52,193 nucleotides of DNA from positions 1-52,193 of IMG/VR virus record IMGVR_UViG_3300044568_005649; one strand, 5' to 3'. Below are positions 34,601 to 45,100 of the stretch, piece by piece. The translations under genes and the position numbers were made by a program. The notes beneath the pieces are model-generated. The model did not search any database. It saw nothing but the letters and a program-made list of their open reading frames with translations, and was not told the origin of the DNA. Numbering within the stretch: the first letter of the stretch is position 1; each line of letters starts with the position of its first letter. Source of the DNA: a virus. Its lineage: Duplodnaviria; Caudoviricetes.

Positions 34601-35695
34601 AGACGCGTCTATCAGGGACTTGAGGGACGCGAAAGCGTACTGGTCGTCAGTTGAGTTGCTAGACATGTTTGCAATGTCGAGCGTGGAGGCGATGTCCTGC
34701 GCCGTGATCGACTTCTCAGCTGCTGTCGCCTCAAACGACAGTGTGGCGCTGTAGTCTGCATCCCACCGAGAGAGTCCTTGCTCGAACAGCGAGACCCCGG
34801 CACTCTCACCAGCCGTGGCCGGTTCCAAAGGCTGCAGGTCGCTCTCAGTAAATCCCAAAGACGGAAGGTAGCTTAGGCTGCTCAGCAGCTTTCTTGTCCT
34901 TCGATATGATGCCTCCTGGATGCTTTTTGCGTAGGCGAACTGCATCGACAGAAAGTCATTTGCGCCTGTTGAGATCTCATTCTCGAACAACGGGTCGCTG
35001 TCAAAGAGTGTGATGATCTCCGGCCGCAGAAGGTAGAGACCGTAGGGATAGACCTGGTCCTCTACGTTGAGATTCACTATTGGTGTGGGAGCGGGTGCGG
35101 GAGCGGGAGTTGCCCATTCTGAGGTGAAAGAACCCGACCTCCTGCGAGAGACTCCGGACGACACTGACCTTCCGGATGTGGTTATTGCTGCACCCATGCT
35201 GGTCAGCGAGGCCGCGCTGTCTAGCACTGTCGCCAGAGAGCCAGCTGAAGCTCGTCTTCCCCGCTGTGTCAGGACAGAGTTCAAGTCCGACCCGGACACG
35301 CTCCTCGCGTCCCTTGCTGACTTCACCAGGCTCTGGGCAGCTTCCCTGACTCTTGATGCTGACGGCGTCGACTTGGACCCTACTTCCTTCTTCACACTCT
35401 CGGCGGCCTTGCCCAATGAGATCGCACTAGACGTCTTCTTGACCTGCGTCTGAGTGACAGTCGGCTTCGCGTCCTCCCTTCGGGACTTGGAGCTCTGGTC
35501 GGCTGACTTCGAGGACGAGGCAGACTTAGAGGCGACAGATGACCCTGCGCTCTTTGAAGTGACACTCACGACAGTGAGGTCAGTGTCCTGGCCTGCGCCG
35601 ACAGCAGTCGCTTCAGTGTCTGCGGTGTTACCAGACGGCCTGGCAATCGACTGGAAGCTGACGCTAGATGCGCTCTTTCCGACCTTGACGGGCAT
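31673..35695 (-). CDS. Large hypothetical (probable virion) protein, 1340 aa
   Basis: Long ORF within the tail module; low-complexity Ser/Ala/Lys N-terminus. Confidence 0.75.
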   Translation of the reverse strand: MPVKVGKSASSVSFQSIARPSGNTADTEATAVGAGQDTDLTVVSVTSKSAGSSVASKSASSSKSADQSSKSRREDAKPTVTQTQVKKTSSAISLGKAAESVKKEVGSKSTPSASRVREAAQSLVKSARDARSVSGSDLNSVLTQRGRRASAGSLATVLDSAASLTSMGAAITTSGRSVSSGVSRRRSGSFTSEWATPAPAPAPTPIVNLNVEDQVYPYGLYLLRPEIITLFDSDPLFENEISTGANDFLSMQFAYAKSIQEASYRRTRKLLSSLSYLPSLGFTESDLQPLEPATAGESAGVSLFEQGLSRWDADYSATLSFEATAAEKSITAQDIASTLDIANMSSNSTDDQYAFASLKSLIDASVQELNADPTAAQYTDEGFGTLVRLYDLHGYLRNTDDGSKFISSLLNTDTEIDAGFRSYTLMHSLLQQAYFSFAFGSPRDSTVPEMLTRTRDEADPQSAYKYSITTGPLAKLVQKSTFTDLSEFKFAEDTAELTSALSSRDIAKALLLRISSLAAYKSSALYNANKTALDVFNENIGLPVGLSDDSVGSGSPISDFEKADSTSAAGLLFQTPSLASPTQKLIFFDRSHNPGLPSGYTHGYTRLFGITSDPAGTASDLSSRMSSAADAHTTITSKILASNITLDRATYKPADLGKLLLKNFADLLEAQWDSETFADDYSRSGKSGFKDAYLSYLKVAGTNQSSFTRSETLNVSNLDIFELFKEDVDSRDRTEELAEAFNLLPVYADHEIIRMLTLSHPFAGITADWLQKFVSFLMNYWSERFDFETGTQDEPPSDLLYDLLFGALDNAEAQEKFSNYYGLDSYLSKIAAGRTNFASPAIDRLVTWSINTAYALFGTNVTFGRTRSGTPASLPTYASLNPHADGSTTYEFKEICILLTLFASHHMQSLFDRVKNVQADKVSPYTKFKDAAEEIVDEIASHAPISYDDARLCLGILSAQMRSASAGLDKIASGDLLTDGTFDLIYTPCQSAGMTIRRYEHLYRKKKAPFHCPKYDETSIARALERSAIRSLYRSDLMQLPDTRVLVVGLPAGIQHVMGLGLRYAKVTLTRRDQADVEAVYAPISYMFDMFTYISPDTSRAFGNTPWATSSEGKLTDVEDINYFRIGKASESGMGNLKSLTCKNVALSFESSTTSSAEDTDTSSSGPVSRETDYASSIASLEDEVAARQVTVSDFIVDVEFMDETAAASELGISSTQLANSKKIVGNHFVDFLLKTHMKNSSGIDMTEATFTTAESAFNPNSSTVLGTAQSYILNICAVEFLNPRSTGGTDLEASIKHLDMLSKTPIIRSSEYADLCVSPTYFDRVFAIPVSITQFTRTV

Positions 35696-35696
35696 T

Positions 35697-37967
35697 TTAG
35701 ACCTCTCGGATGCGTTCTATGAGAACGGGTCCTGCTGAGACTGTCGCACCTGTCCGACCATCGAGGTAGACAGGGTACACAGAGTAAGTGATGTATCTCG
35801 GAAGTGTGTGAGGCAGCGCGTCTGTCACCTGGAGCGACGCTGCTGCGCCTATGTTTCCAGCCGGCGCAACAGTCCAGGTGGAACCGCTGGATGTGCCTGT
35901 CACCACATACCTGTCGATGAGTTGCGTGTCACCTGACGCCTTCCAGAAGATGACGGGAAGGCTTCTGACAGTCTGCACCTGAACTGAGCTGACTGTGGGA
36001 AGGGCAGGCACCACTGTCACCCGCGAGGTGAAAATGTCTCCCGTCCTTCCATCCTGGAACCCGTCAGAAGATGCCTGGCTGGGCATCGTTCCTGTCTCAA
36101 AGTTGGATCGAGAGAAGAACCTCCTGGCAACAGAGAGGTCAGTCTTGTTGGACCCTTTCTCGGTCTCTGCCTTAGTGACATGAAGTCCGAGCCTCGTTAC
36201 CTTGGGATTGGACCCGACTGGCTTGTTCGCGCGGTCATTGATCACGTCCGCGAGCTGCGAAGGCGATCTCACGAAGGCATCAAAGACATAGAGGAAATTG
36301 GAAGTGATCTTGACATCATCAATGTCATCTTCCAGCGTGCTGCTTGTCTGACCGACGTACTTGACCTCACCCGTCTGGAGGTCGATCCGCGTGACGTCGA
36401 ACTTCACGCAGTCTAGAAGGCTCTTCTTGAGATTCTCGAGATCAGACTGGAAGGTTGCTTCCAGACCGAGAGCCTTGATGTAGTCGATCAGGAAGTTGAT
36501 ATCGTTCTTCTTGATAGTGGGTGTAATGCTGATCTTGACCATCTGGTTTCCAGCGGTCACGACGCTTGTGACTATGTCAGCGGCGACAATCTGCCTTGGC
36601 TCCAGGCGCGTGATGGGCTCACTGACAGCTGCCCGCTTGATCACGTCACCGTTCGACCTGTACAGGTCGACCTCGTATCTCACACTTGCGAGGTCCTCGA
36701 CCTCGCTGTCAGTCAGGCCCTTGACTGAGGAGATGGGAACTGGTGCAGCTGTGAGGACGGTCTGGATCCCTGACCTGATGTCGAGACGCCGTAGGAGTGC
36801 AGCATCAGCCTGCTTCTCATTTGTCAGAAGGTCAATGGCGATGCCGTCAGCTGTGTTGACTGCAATCAGCGCTGAAGTTGCAGTGCAGGAGAACCCCTCC
36901 TGGCCTCGCCTGACTCTTCCCAGCACCGTGCTTCCAAAGATGGATGAGATCAGGTCACCCCTAGTGGGATGAACTCGAACGATCGACGGGGCCGCGAGAT
37001 TCAGCTCAAGGGTGATCGTTCGTCCTGCTGGGCACGAAGCATTCTCCACCACAGTGGCGAAGCCTGACGTCGGCAGGCTGTAGTCCTTGACAGATCTTGC
37101 TGTGACTGTGAACCCATCCGCGCGTGGGTCTCTTTGGGTGACTGTGATTCTGGCCCTTCCCAACTGGTTGAAGTTTCCCGTGACAGTTGGAGGAACTGTC
37201 GGCAAGTCACTGACCTCAAGCAGAGAGGCGACGGAAAGACGCAGCGTGATCACCTGCGACTCCACATCCCGAGATCGAACTGTGATCCTGAGCTTTGCAC
37301 CTGAGAGGTCCTTTGAGGATCCCGAGTACCCTATCCGCAACCTCACATTCGTCTGTGTGGGATCTGCAAGCACAATTCGTGTCTTAGGCTCACCAACAGG
37401 AAGCACGTTGACTCCTCGCTCTGAGTCAAACGACCTGCCTGTTATTGCTGCGACTGTGTCAAGTGGAAGCGACCCTGTCCGCTTGTATGCGGGATCCTGG
37501 AATTGGGACGCGAACTTCTTGTCCGTCCCTTTCAGACTGTCACCGCGCAGTGCCACTGACTCAATCTGACTGGGGATGACTCTCGTCCTCGTGGGTAGAA
37601 GCGAGGCGATCTCTTCCCTTGATGTCGTGAGGAAAGACCTTCCTCGACCGATGGAGTTTGTGATGAGTGTGGTGATGTCCACGTTCTTTGAGGCAAGGAC
37701 TGTGGTTGCGCTCGCGATTGAGAAACTTTCTGCGCTTCCAGACTTGAGCTTTTGGTTGATCTGACTGATCGTTTTTGCCGAGCCGGTCGGCTGATCTGCC
37801 TGACGCAGGATCTGGACGTTGATGGTGCTGATGCCTGCTTTGAGGCATGCGGCGATGTCAATCGTGGCAGGCACAGCTATCTCGATCTTTCCCTCGACTG
37901 TGTATGCCTCAATCTGTGTCTCTTTGCAGGTGAGGAACTTCTCTGTGGACGCTGAGACAGCTATCAT
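35697..37967 (-). CDS. Beta-rich probable virion protein (Ig/FN3-like segments)
   Basis: 756 aa; C-terminal IFW...RYVV...ITYSVYPVYLDG. Confidence 0.7.
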   Translation of the reverse strand: MIAVSASTEKFLTCKETQIEAYTVEGKIEIAVPATIDIAACLKAGISTINVQILRQADQPTGSAKTISQINQKLKSGSAESFSIASATTVLASKNVDITTLITNSIGRGRSFLTTSREEIASLLPTRTRVIPSQIESVALRGDSLKGTDKKFASQFQDPAYKRTGSLPLDTVAAITGRSFDSERGVNVLPVGEPKTRIVLADPTQTNVRLRIGYSGSSKDLSGAKLRITVRSRDVESQVITLRLSVASLLEVSDLPTVPPTVTGNFNQLGRARITVTQRDPRADGFTVTARSVKDYSLPTSGFATVVENASCPAGRTITLELNLAAPSIVRVHPTRGDLISSIFGSTVLGRVRRGQEGFSCTATSALIAVNTADGIAIDLLTNEKQADAALLRRLDIRSGIQTVLTAAPVPISSVKGLTDSEVEDLASVRYEVDLYRSNGDVIKRAAVSEPITRLEPRQIVAADIVTSVVTAGNQMVKISITPTIKKNDINFLIDYIKALGLEATFQSDLENLKKSLLDCVKFDVTRIDLQTGEVKYVGQTSSTLEDDIDDVKITSNFLYVFDAFVRSPSQLADVINDRANKPVGSNPKVTRLGLHVTKAETEKGSNKTDLSVARRFFSRSNFETGTMPSQASSDGFQDGRTGDIFTSRVTVVPALPTVSSVQVQTVRSLPVIFWKASGDTQLIDRYVVTGTSSGSTWTVAPAGNIGAAASLQVTDALPHTLPRYITYSVYPVYLDGRTGATVSAGPVLIERIREV

Positions 37968-38806
37968 GCCAACACCAGCGTCAGGAGGTTGATGAACACG
38001 GGGAACTCATACGAGTTGTTGACCACCCTTCCCGCGAAGATGACGTGTCCCCTCCTGCCTGCGAAAGAGGCCAGCCCAAAATCGATGAGGTCAAGCTTCT
38101 TGAGACCAGACTCACCGTGATTCTGCTGGAACACCTGAATGTTCAGTGTGTTCTGCGGCGATGTCTCAATGAATCTGCTGGTGAAGGCCTGGTACTTGGT
38201 CCCACTTTTCGCAGTCATGAGGCTTTCCACCTCGTCATCGACGAGAGCCTGCCGAATGTCCGTGTAGTGTCCCAGTCTACTTCCGTCCAGATTGGTGGGA
38301 GGAAGATAGGCGAAGTTTCGCTTCCGCCTCAGGCGCTTGTCGAACAGCACAGACTCAATCGTGTCCACACTCGCCTCGGCCTCTCTCGACAGGTCCGGGA
38401 TGGTGGGATAGAAGATGAAGCTCTTCCCCTTGACGGTGAAGCTGGTCTTCTCAGGATCATCAGGGTCATCCGTGAGAAGGACCTTGAGGCTGGAGAAGTT
38501 CTCACCCGAGGTGGTCGCTACGTCTCCGGCAAGAGACGAGAAGCGGAGGTTCCTCCCACCGTAGGGGATGATCTGTCCACTGTCGTCCGTCTCAACTGTG
38601 ATCTGGTCGACATCAGCCGAGTACGTCTCAAAGTACACTCGACTCGTGGCATCATCTGCGTCTGTGCCGTCCTTCACGTAGGAGGACGATCTGTCTGAGA
38701 CGGTGGCCTTCTCAAAGACAAGTCGACTATTTGCTAACTGCCGCCTACCCTGGGGTGTCAGCGCAAAGTCTATGACACGACTCTTGCTGTCAAGAATTCC
38801 CGCCAC
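37964..38806 (-). CDS. Probable baseplate/tail protein, N-terminus related to 29733..30428
   Basis: GILDSKSRVIDFALTPQGRRQLA; GGAGGGG RBS. Confidence 0.75.
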   Translation of the reverse strand: MAGILDSKSRVIDFALTPQGRRQLANSRLVFEKATVSDRSSSYVKDGTDADDATSRVYFETYSADVDQITVETDDSGQIIPYGGRNLRFSSLAGDVATTSGENFSSLKVLLTDDPDDPEKTSFTVKGKSFIFYPTIPDLSREAEASVDTIESVLFDKRLRRKRNFAYLPPTNLDGSRLGHYTDIRQALVDDEVESLMTAKSGTKYQAFTSRFIETSPQNTLNIQVFQQNHGESGLKKLDLIDFGLASFAGRRGHVIFAGRVVNNSYEFPVFINLLTLVLA

Positions 38807-38832
38807 TCTCCCCTCCTTGGTAGGTAGGACCG

Positions 38833-41385
38833 CTACTCACTATCACTAAAGGGAACCGAGGATGTCGCATGAAGCGACGTGTTCCCAGAGAAGGAGGTGG
38901 ACCCGGTGAAGACGTTCGTGACTGGGTAGGAGTTGAGCATTGTCCCGCCCTTCTTGCTTCCTGGCAGTTTTGTAGCTTTGGCTGTCTTGGTAGCGAGAGC
39001 TTGCGACGCCTGGAGCATGTGAGCCGGCTGTCCGAACTTGTCATTGCGGAAGACGAAGCGTGGGTACACCCCGTCGTCGATCGGGAAAGACCTATCGTCC
39101 AACATCACCACCTGACGGGGGTACTTCCACCAGTCTACGTAGTCGTCTGTAAGCTTGTAGTTGGTCACAAAGCTGCTAGTGGACTGTCGTGTCCTGTCCG
39201 GAAAGCTTCCTGTCGCGAGCGGCGCGTGGTAGTTCCGCATCGTCGTCTGGAGGGGATCCAGCAGGAACTCATCTAAGATGGGATCATCCGAATCCGGCCG
39301 AAAGACGGCATTGGACTTGCTCTGCTGGGACCTCACGTTCTGGCGTCGCTCACCGTTGACAACTTGACTTCCGTAGAGAGTCAAAGTTGCTCTGCCATTC
39401 TCGATCTTGAGGAAGGAGCCGGTGATGCTGCTGGAATCTCTCATGAAGGGTGCTATGCCTGCATCGATTCCAAGGATCAGCTCATCGCCTGGAAGCAGAA
39501 TGATCGGCGTCTCCTTGACAGACTCACCTGCGATCTGAGCAGCGCCGCCGATGAATCTCGGATTGCCCGTGGTGCTTGGTTTCACGAGGGGTGTGTAGAG
39601 ACTTTTTTGGGACTTGCCCGCCTGCGGTGTGGGTCCGAAGATCGACATGAAAGATCTGGGGTCGGGATTGAACAGGCTGTTTTGTGTCTGTGTGGGATCA
39701 AAGAACCGCACTCTTGAGCGACTTCGCTCTAGATCAACTGTTGTCCACAGGTAGTCAGTTACATTCAGGAGCGTCGTGTAGGAGCTTGTCAGCGGAGAAA
39801 GGGAGGAAGTGGACTCGTATGTCTTGAACTGGGCCCTCGCAGTCCCCGCGAGATTGCCAGTCGTCTTGCCGGAGTAGTCAGCGGATCCTGCATATGCGCT
39901 GTCACCGATTGCAAGCGATCCAGCAGATCCGGGCCATGCGTGCTGGATGTAGTTGATCCTCCATCCATCCCTGCTTGTGATGCTCCCCACAGACTCGCTG
40001 TTCGACATAGTGGATGGGAAATAAGAAGCGCCACCAAGGCCACTTGTGTAGATGGACGGTGTGATCTCGAGTGTTACAGACCCCGTGTAGAGCATCGTCA
40101 CGGTGGGTGGGTTGGATCCCAGGCCCGATGCTACGCTCGTGTTGAAGTCGTGCTTGAACGCGGGTGTGTGGAACGGAAAGCCATTCGCCGTCGTCGTCCC
40201 AGCTGTGCCGAACAGCCCACTCTCGTAGGAGGGAGAGTTGTAGAAGCAGATAGAAGCCGACCCGATCAGGAATCTGTCTGACCCAGACACATCCGCTGGG
40301 CTGTCTCGAAAGAGGCTTCCCGACTGGTAGGCTATCGGCTGAGCGTTCCTCACCTGTCGGTACAAGAACACGACGTAGTTGTCCATGTCCCTGCAGTGCA
40401 GGTCATTTGCTGCGTAGGAGTCAGCTGCAGGATTGTAGTAGGAGGAAGAGCCGTGCATCCTCCTCGCGATAATCGGAATCTCTATCTTGATCTTCTCGAG
40501 GAGAAACGGCTGTGTGATGTAGTCGGACATCCGCAGCACGTTGTCAGACTTGGCGTGGTACTTGGAGGCACCGGGTGCCAGAAAGGTGGCGGTGGGTGTT
40601 CCGATCTTCGTGATCCCGAATCCGAGCTGCTGGACCTGTGTGAAGGCGAGGCTTCCTCCCATCCCACGCTGGTTGACATGGTTGGGAGGGATGAACTGAC
40701 CCGTGTAGTACACAGAGGACGTGATCGTGTTGACGTCGATCGGTGGGTATTCTCCAACGCTGCTAGTGAACGCATTGGCTGCTTGATCAGTCTTTAGGGC
40801 TGCACCCGTCTCAGGATCCACATTTCCGACCCCGTCCCAGCTGCCATCCTCAAAATTGTAGTAGTAGAAGCCCGTTCCTTCCTGCGAGAACTCTGTTGGA
40901 TCAGAGTTGATGTGACGCTGTGGGCACCTGTACATGTACGTCCCCGTCAGCGACGTGATGTCGACGCGAATGGACATGCGTGAGGAGAGGGGGCCTCGAA
41001 AGCTCTGCGGCATCCCAGGCGTGGGATCCAGGTAGAAGGACGTGGAATGGGATGATGCCACATCCAGGAAGGGTAGACTGGGAACTGCGCTGATGTTCTC
41101 GTGGATGTCTGATGATCCCGGTGTGGGTCGTCCCAGCGTCACAATGCCCGTTGTATTGACGTGAGGATGTCCCTGTGGAAGCATCACTGGGTAGAGAATG
41201 TCATTCGCCTGATCGAAGACGATCGTGCTGGTGTCCCTGAACGGCGACATCTTTGCGGCAGTGGACCTGATTCCGCGTTGAGGAGCCGGAAGAAGCCCAT
41301 CATTCACAGATAAAGGACGTGTGCTGTTCACGTCGACATCCCGGATTCTGATCCGAGGAGAGATCTTTGTTCGCGTTGAGCTCAT
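38833..41385 (-). CDS. Probable tail/baseplate structural protein, 850 aa
   Basis: Ser/Thr/Gly-rich ORF in the tail module; C-terminal FRNDKFGQ. Confidence 0.75.
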   Translation of the reverse strand: MSSTRTKISPRIRIRDVDVNSTRPLSVNDGLLPAPQRGIRSTAAKMSPFRDTSTIVFDQANDILYPVMLPQGHPHVNTTGIVTLGRPTPGSSDIHENISAVPSLPFLDVASSHSTSFYLDPTPGMPQSFRGPLSSRMSIRVDITSLTGTYMYRCPQRHINSDPTEFSQEGTGFYYYNFEDGSWDGVGNVDPETGAALKTDQAANAFTSSVGEYPPIDVNTITSSVYYTGQFIPPNHVNQRGMGGSLAFTQVQQLGFGITKIGTPTATFLAPGASKYHAKSDNVLRMSDYITQPFLLEKIKIEIPIIARRMHGSSSYYNPAADSYAANDLHCRDMDNYVVFLYRQVRNAQPIAYQSGSLFRDSPADVSGSDRFLIGSASICFYNSPSYESGLFGTAGTTTANGFPFHTPAFKHDFNTSVASGLGSNPPTVTMLYTGSVTLEITPSIYTSGLGGASYFPSTMSNSESVGSITSRDGWRINYIQHAWPGSAGSLAIGDSAYAGSADYSGKTTGNLAGTARAQFKTYESTSSLSPLTSSYTTLLNVTDYLWTTVDLERSRSRVRFFDPTQTQNSLFNPDPRSFMSIFGPTPQAGKSQKSLYTPLVKPSTTGNPRFIGGAAQIAGESVKETPIILLPGDELILGIDAGIAPFMRDSSSITGSFLKIENGRATLTLYGSQVVNGERRQNVRSQQSKSNAVFRPDSDDPILDEFLLDPLQTTMRNYHAPLATGSFPDRTRQSTSSFVTNYKLTDDYVDWWKYPRQVVMLDDRSFPIDDGVYPRFVFRNDKFGQPAHMLQASQALATKTAKATKLPGSKKGGTMLNSYPVTNVFTGSTSFSGNTSLHATSSVPFSDSE

Positions 41386-42098
41386 CTCTTCAGACCGCCG
41401 TATGCTATTGAGTCCGTACCCACATCACAATTATCGTATGTGAAACCCCTCCCACGAGACCTTCTGCTGTCACCGAACTCACTTCCCTCTCGAAAGTACC
41501 TTCCAGTGTAGAAGACGCTATTCACGGGCTGAGAGTCTCTGAACGGCGCGGGCTGGGGTGCACTCAGCCCGGAGTAGCCCGTCACCGGGATCCCAAAGAA
41601 CTGGTCCTGTGAGTCGACGAAGGCATTTCCTGACGACCCCTGCTCTAGCACGTCGTACCAGTCTTCCTGCACGGGCGATGGGCGGCTGTTGACAGATAGG
41701 AATCCTATGTCACCCTTGATTGTCCGCTGGCCGGGAAGCTCGCCGTTGTCAGAGGTGAGAAGCGACCGTATTGCCAGAGGCTCAATCGCCCCGTTCCGCG
41801 TGGAGATGTCCTCACTGTGATAGGACTGGATCTCCTCGAAGGTCTGCCATCCCACATCGAGGATCTCAGCGGGCAGGATCCTCCCACGCTTGTCACTGAA
41901 GGGTGTGAGCGCGTCCTCCTGAGCGACAATCCCAAAGTCCTGGGTCTCAATGTAGAAGTCTTCCCTTCCCGAGAAGATGATTGGAAGGGAAGAAATAGCC
42001 CTCCGGCGTGAGATGTTCCTGATCTCCACACCCTGTGTGAAGCACTCGATGTCCTCGTACGTGACGGGTGTCTGCGAGTAGTCAATCTCACAGGACAT
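41382..42098 (-). CDS. Hypothetical tail-module protein
   Basis: 238 aa; ends GTDSIAYGGLKR; ATGA overlap with the next gene. Confidence 0.75.
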   Translation of the reverse strand: MSCEIDYSQTPVTYEDIECFTQGVEIRNISRRRAISSLPIIFSGREDFYIETQDFGIVAQEDALTPFSDKRGRILPAEILDVGWQTFEEIQSYHSEDISTRNGAIEPLAIRSLLTSDNGELPGQRTIKGDIGFLSVNSRPSPVQEDWYDVLEQGSSGNAFVDSQDQFFGIPVTGYSGLSAPQPAPFRDSQPVNSVFYTGRYFREGSEFGDSRRSRGRGFTYDNCDVGTDSIAYGGLKR

Positions 42099-42101
42099 TT
42101 C

Positions 42102-45100
42102 TTACCCCTTTGCGGATTTGGTTGGCGTGGTAGGCTTGCTTGCGGTGCTTCCTGTCGGATCTTTCACCTGGGCACTTGACTGCTGCGAGGAGGTCTTCTG
42201 CTTGTAGACATCATCGAAGTAGTACCTGACCCTTGCTCTCTCTGCCACGTGTGACTCAATGATGTAGGAGATCCCAAGAAACGTGCTGTTCATGGGTACA
42301 AGCTGAACGATCAGATCTCCGAGAGCGTCGCTGACCCACCTGAAGACTTCGTACATCGCCCTGAGGTCTGGCTTCGCGACCAGCCGGTTGAAGTAGATCC
42401 TCCGGAGCTGCTCCAAGTCCGGATAATCGTCCTCATTCAGCACACGGGGATCTCCGAGTGCAGCCTCAAAAAACTCCAAAGAGGATACCAGCTTGATGAT
42501 GTCGTCGTTGAGCGCGTCCACAGAAGATGCCTCAACTGAGAGGCGGTTGTCTGAGGTGGCGGTCTCGCTCCTTGTCTGCTCGTACAGCGGCGCCGGCAGC
42601 GAATCTGGGAAGTCAATGAGGTTCTCTGCCTCAGTGAAGGACCTGACCCTCACTTTCTCTGAGGTCTGCCTCACGTCGAATCTCGTTGAGACCTGTGTGA
42701 ATCTGTGAGGCTCTGGCTTTATGACCATCCTGCTCGGCTCGAACCCAAGTCCGAGTGCGTTCCTTCCCTGCTGGCTCATGTCGGTGATCAGGATGCTTCC
42801 TGTGACGTCCGATCCTGTCACGTCCTGGTCGAACGAGAGGTCCATCCGCAGCTTCTGGAAGGACCCAGAAGAAGTCGTGTTGAAACCGAAGTTGACGATG
42901 GGTGAGTCCACGCCGAGTGACCTGTAGCTTCTCGCGTGCTCTCTGAACTCTTCCGCAGACAGCGCCTTGGACCAGAATCTGGAGGAGTGCACTCTGCCCG
43001 AGAGCTGCGTGGTCAGGGGACTGCCCGTGTGGGCGTTGAGGAAGCTAGCTCCCACCCCAAGACTCTGGGACCCGAACACCACGAATGAACCGCTAGTGTT
43101 GTATTCTGACAAGTTTTGGAGGACGTTGTTGGAGTCATTTCCCTCGTCGAAGTATCCCGCGGTGTTGAAGTACGCGACGCTTCCTCCCGCAGTGACACGG
43201 GCACACCTCAGTGAGTATGAGGAGCTCGCAACGCGAGACTCATTGATGGGATCGTCGTCTCGCACTCTAGACAGAGCAACATGCCATCTGTTGCCGTCGA
43301 ACACATTCGCTCCGGTCAGGTGGAGGCTGATAGGCGATGCAGCTCCCGTCTTGTCGACTGCGACATATGCACTCACAGCCGGCGAGCTGCCGCCAGTCGC
43401 TGTGATGTTGAAGATCACACCGTGGCTCACGCTGGGCGACTGTGTACCGGTGACGTGAAGTCTGGCGAGGCTCTCTTCACCCCTGACTGTGGTCGTATTG
43501 AATCTGTACGAGGACTCGAATGTCCAGGATCCGGAAGTCAGGAGGCCATCTGAGCTTTGATTAGAGACACCGTGATAGAGGTTCGGTGCCTGCACCAGAG
43601 AGCCTGAGGGTTGTGGATATCCCACTTCTGTCCGTGATCCGCTCAGGTAGCTGCTGACCACATAGGGACGTGCAGTGGAGAATCCCTGCGGCGTGACCTG
43701 GCCTGCAGTCGATGCAAGACTTCCCGACATGTCGAGCGCTGCTGCGATCTCTATGACCTCATCCCGTATGAGGCTGAGCGGGATCTCAGCAGCGCCACCG
43801 TACTCTCGGATCCGAAAGAATGAGTTCGGAGCGATGCCAGCAGAGTTGAGAAGGGCCTTGATTCCTGCGTGCGTGCCCTTCGATGTCACAATCTCACGAA
43901 TGTTTGTCAGGACCCGCCGAAAGATGCTGTTCTGGACGGACTTCAGAGCCTGCTCTGCGGGCCTGTCCGTCCTCATCATCTCACCCAGCAGGTACTGGTC
44001 CAGGTCGCTTCCCTTGAAGAGATTCGGTAGCTGGATGCCGTAGTAGTTCGCCAGGAACGGGAGGAACTGGCTGGAGACGGAGTTGTTTGGGTCGTAATCG
44101 ACAAATGTCAGGCGAGAGAAGTGATCGTGAAAGATCTTGATCTCATCGAACACCTTGGCGTAGATCAGGAGCATCGCGGTCATTATTTGGACTGGGCTCA
44201 TCGTGCCCGATCCTGGGATGCTCAGCCCCTGGATCACGTCGCCTATCTCACCCTGCACGTCCTGGAAGCTGAGGGCCTGCTGTCCTTCCAGGAAGTAGTG
44301 CTGCGGGATGAGGCGAATGATGTAGTTGGGATTCTCCTCATCGTAGAGCGATCCCGATGTGAGAAGATCCTGGTTCATGTCCTGTGTGGGACCAAAGTCA
44401 GGAAAGAGGACAGGAGAGAACCTCGTGGTCTCTCTGGAGAGGGGTGATGATCCTGTCACTCTCTGCGCGTTGGTGTATCCTGTGATCTTGCCGTGCAGGC
44501 AGTTTCCCGAGCTGTCAAGTGTGACAGAGGCCTGTGCGTGTCCTCCTGGAGGCTCGTTGAGCTTGTAATAGAGGACCAACCCATCGGAATTGACATCGTC
44601 ATCGGCAAATGCCGGATAGGACTCATCGTACCTGAGATCCTCAGGTGTCCGAATTGAATGGTAGACCCGAAAGTCATCAACAGCAGCATTCAGTGTCTGA
44701 GTGGGTGTGACCACACCTCCCAAGAAGTTGAAGGAGGACCCAGAGGCGATGGTGAATGTGCTTGCCTCGAGTGCAGTTCCCAGCCAGACTGCTTCTGAGG
44801 AGGTCGCAGCCAGTGCGCCGTTGTCGTAGATCTCGATCGAGGAGGTGATTCCTGACGGGAGGTAGACTGCAGCCAGATGGTGAAACTTTCCCTTCTCGAT
44901 CGCAGTCTGCGCGGAGGAGCTCACTGATCCTGAGCAGATAGTGAAGCAGAGACTAGAGGATGTCGACGAGCTGCTCTGGCTGAGGAACAGCGTCAGGCTG
45001 CAGGCTTGATTCCTGTAGTATTGGGCTACAACCTGGTTGCTATTTGCAGTTGCAGACGGATTGAGGTACAACTGGAATGAGAACGGCCCACCGGCAGGAT

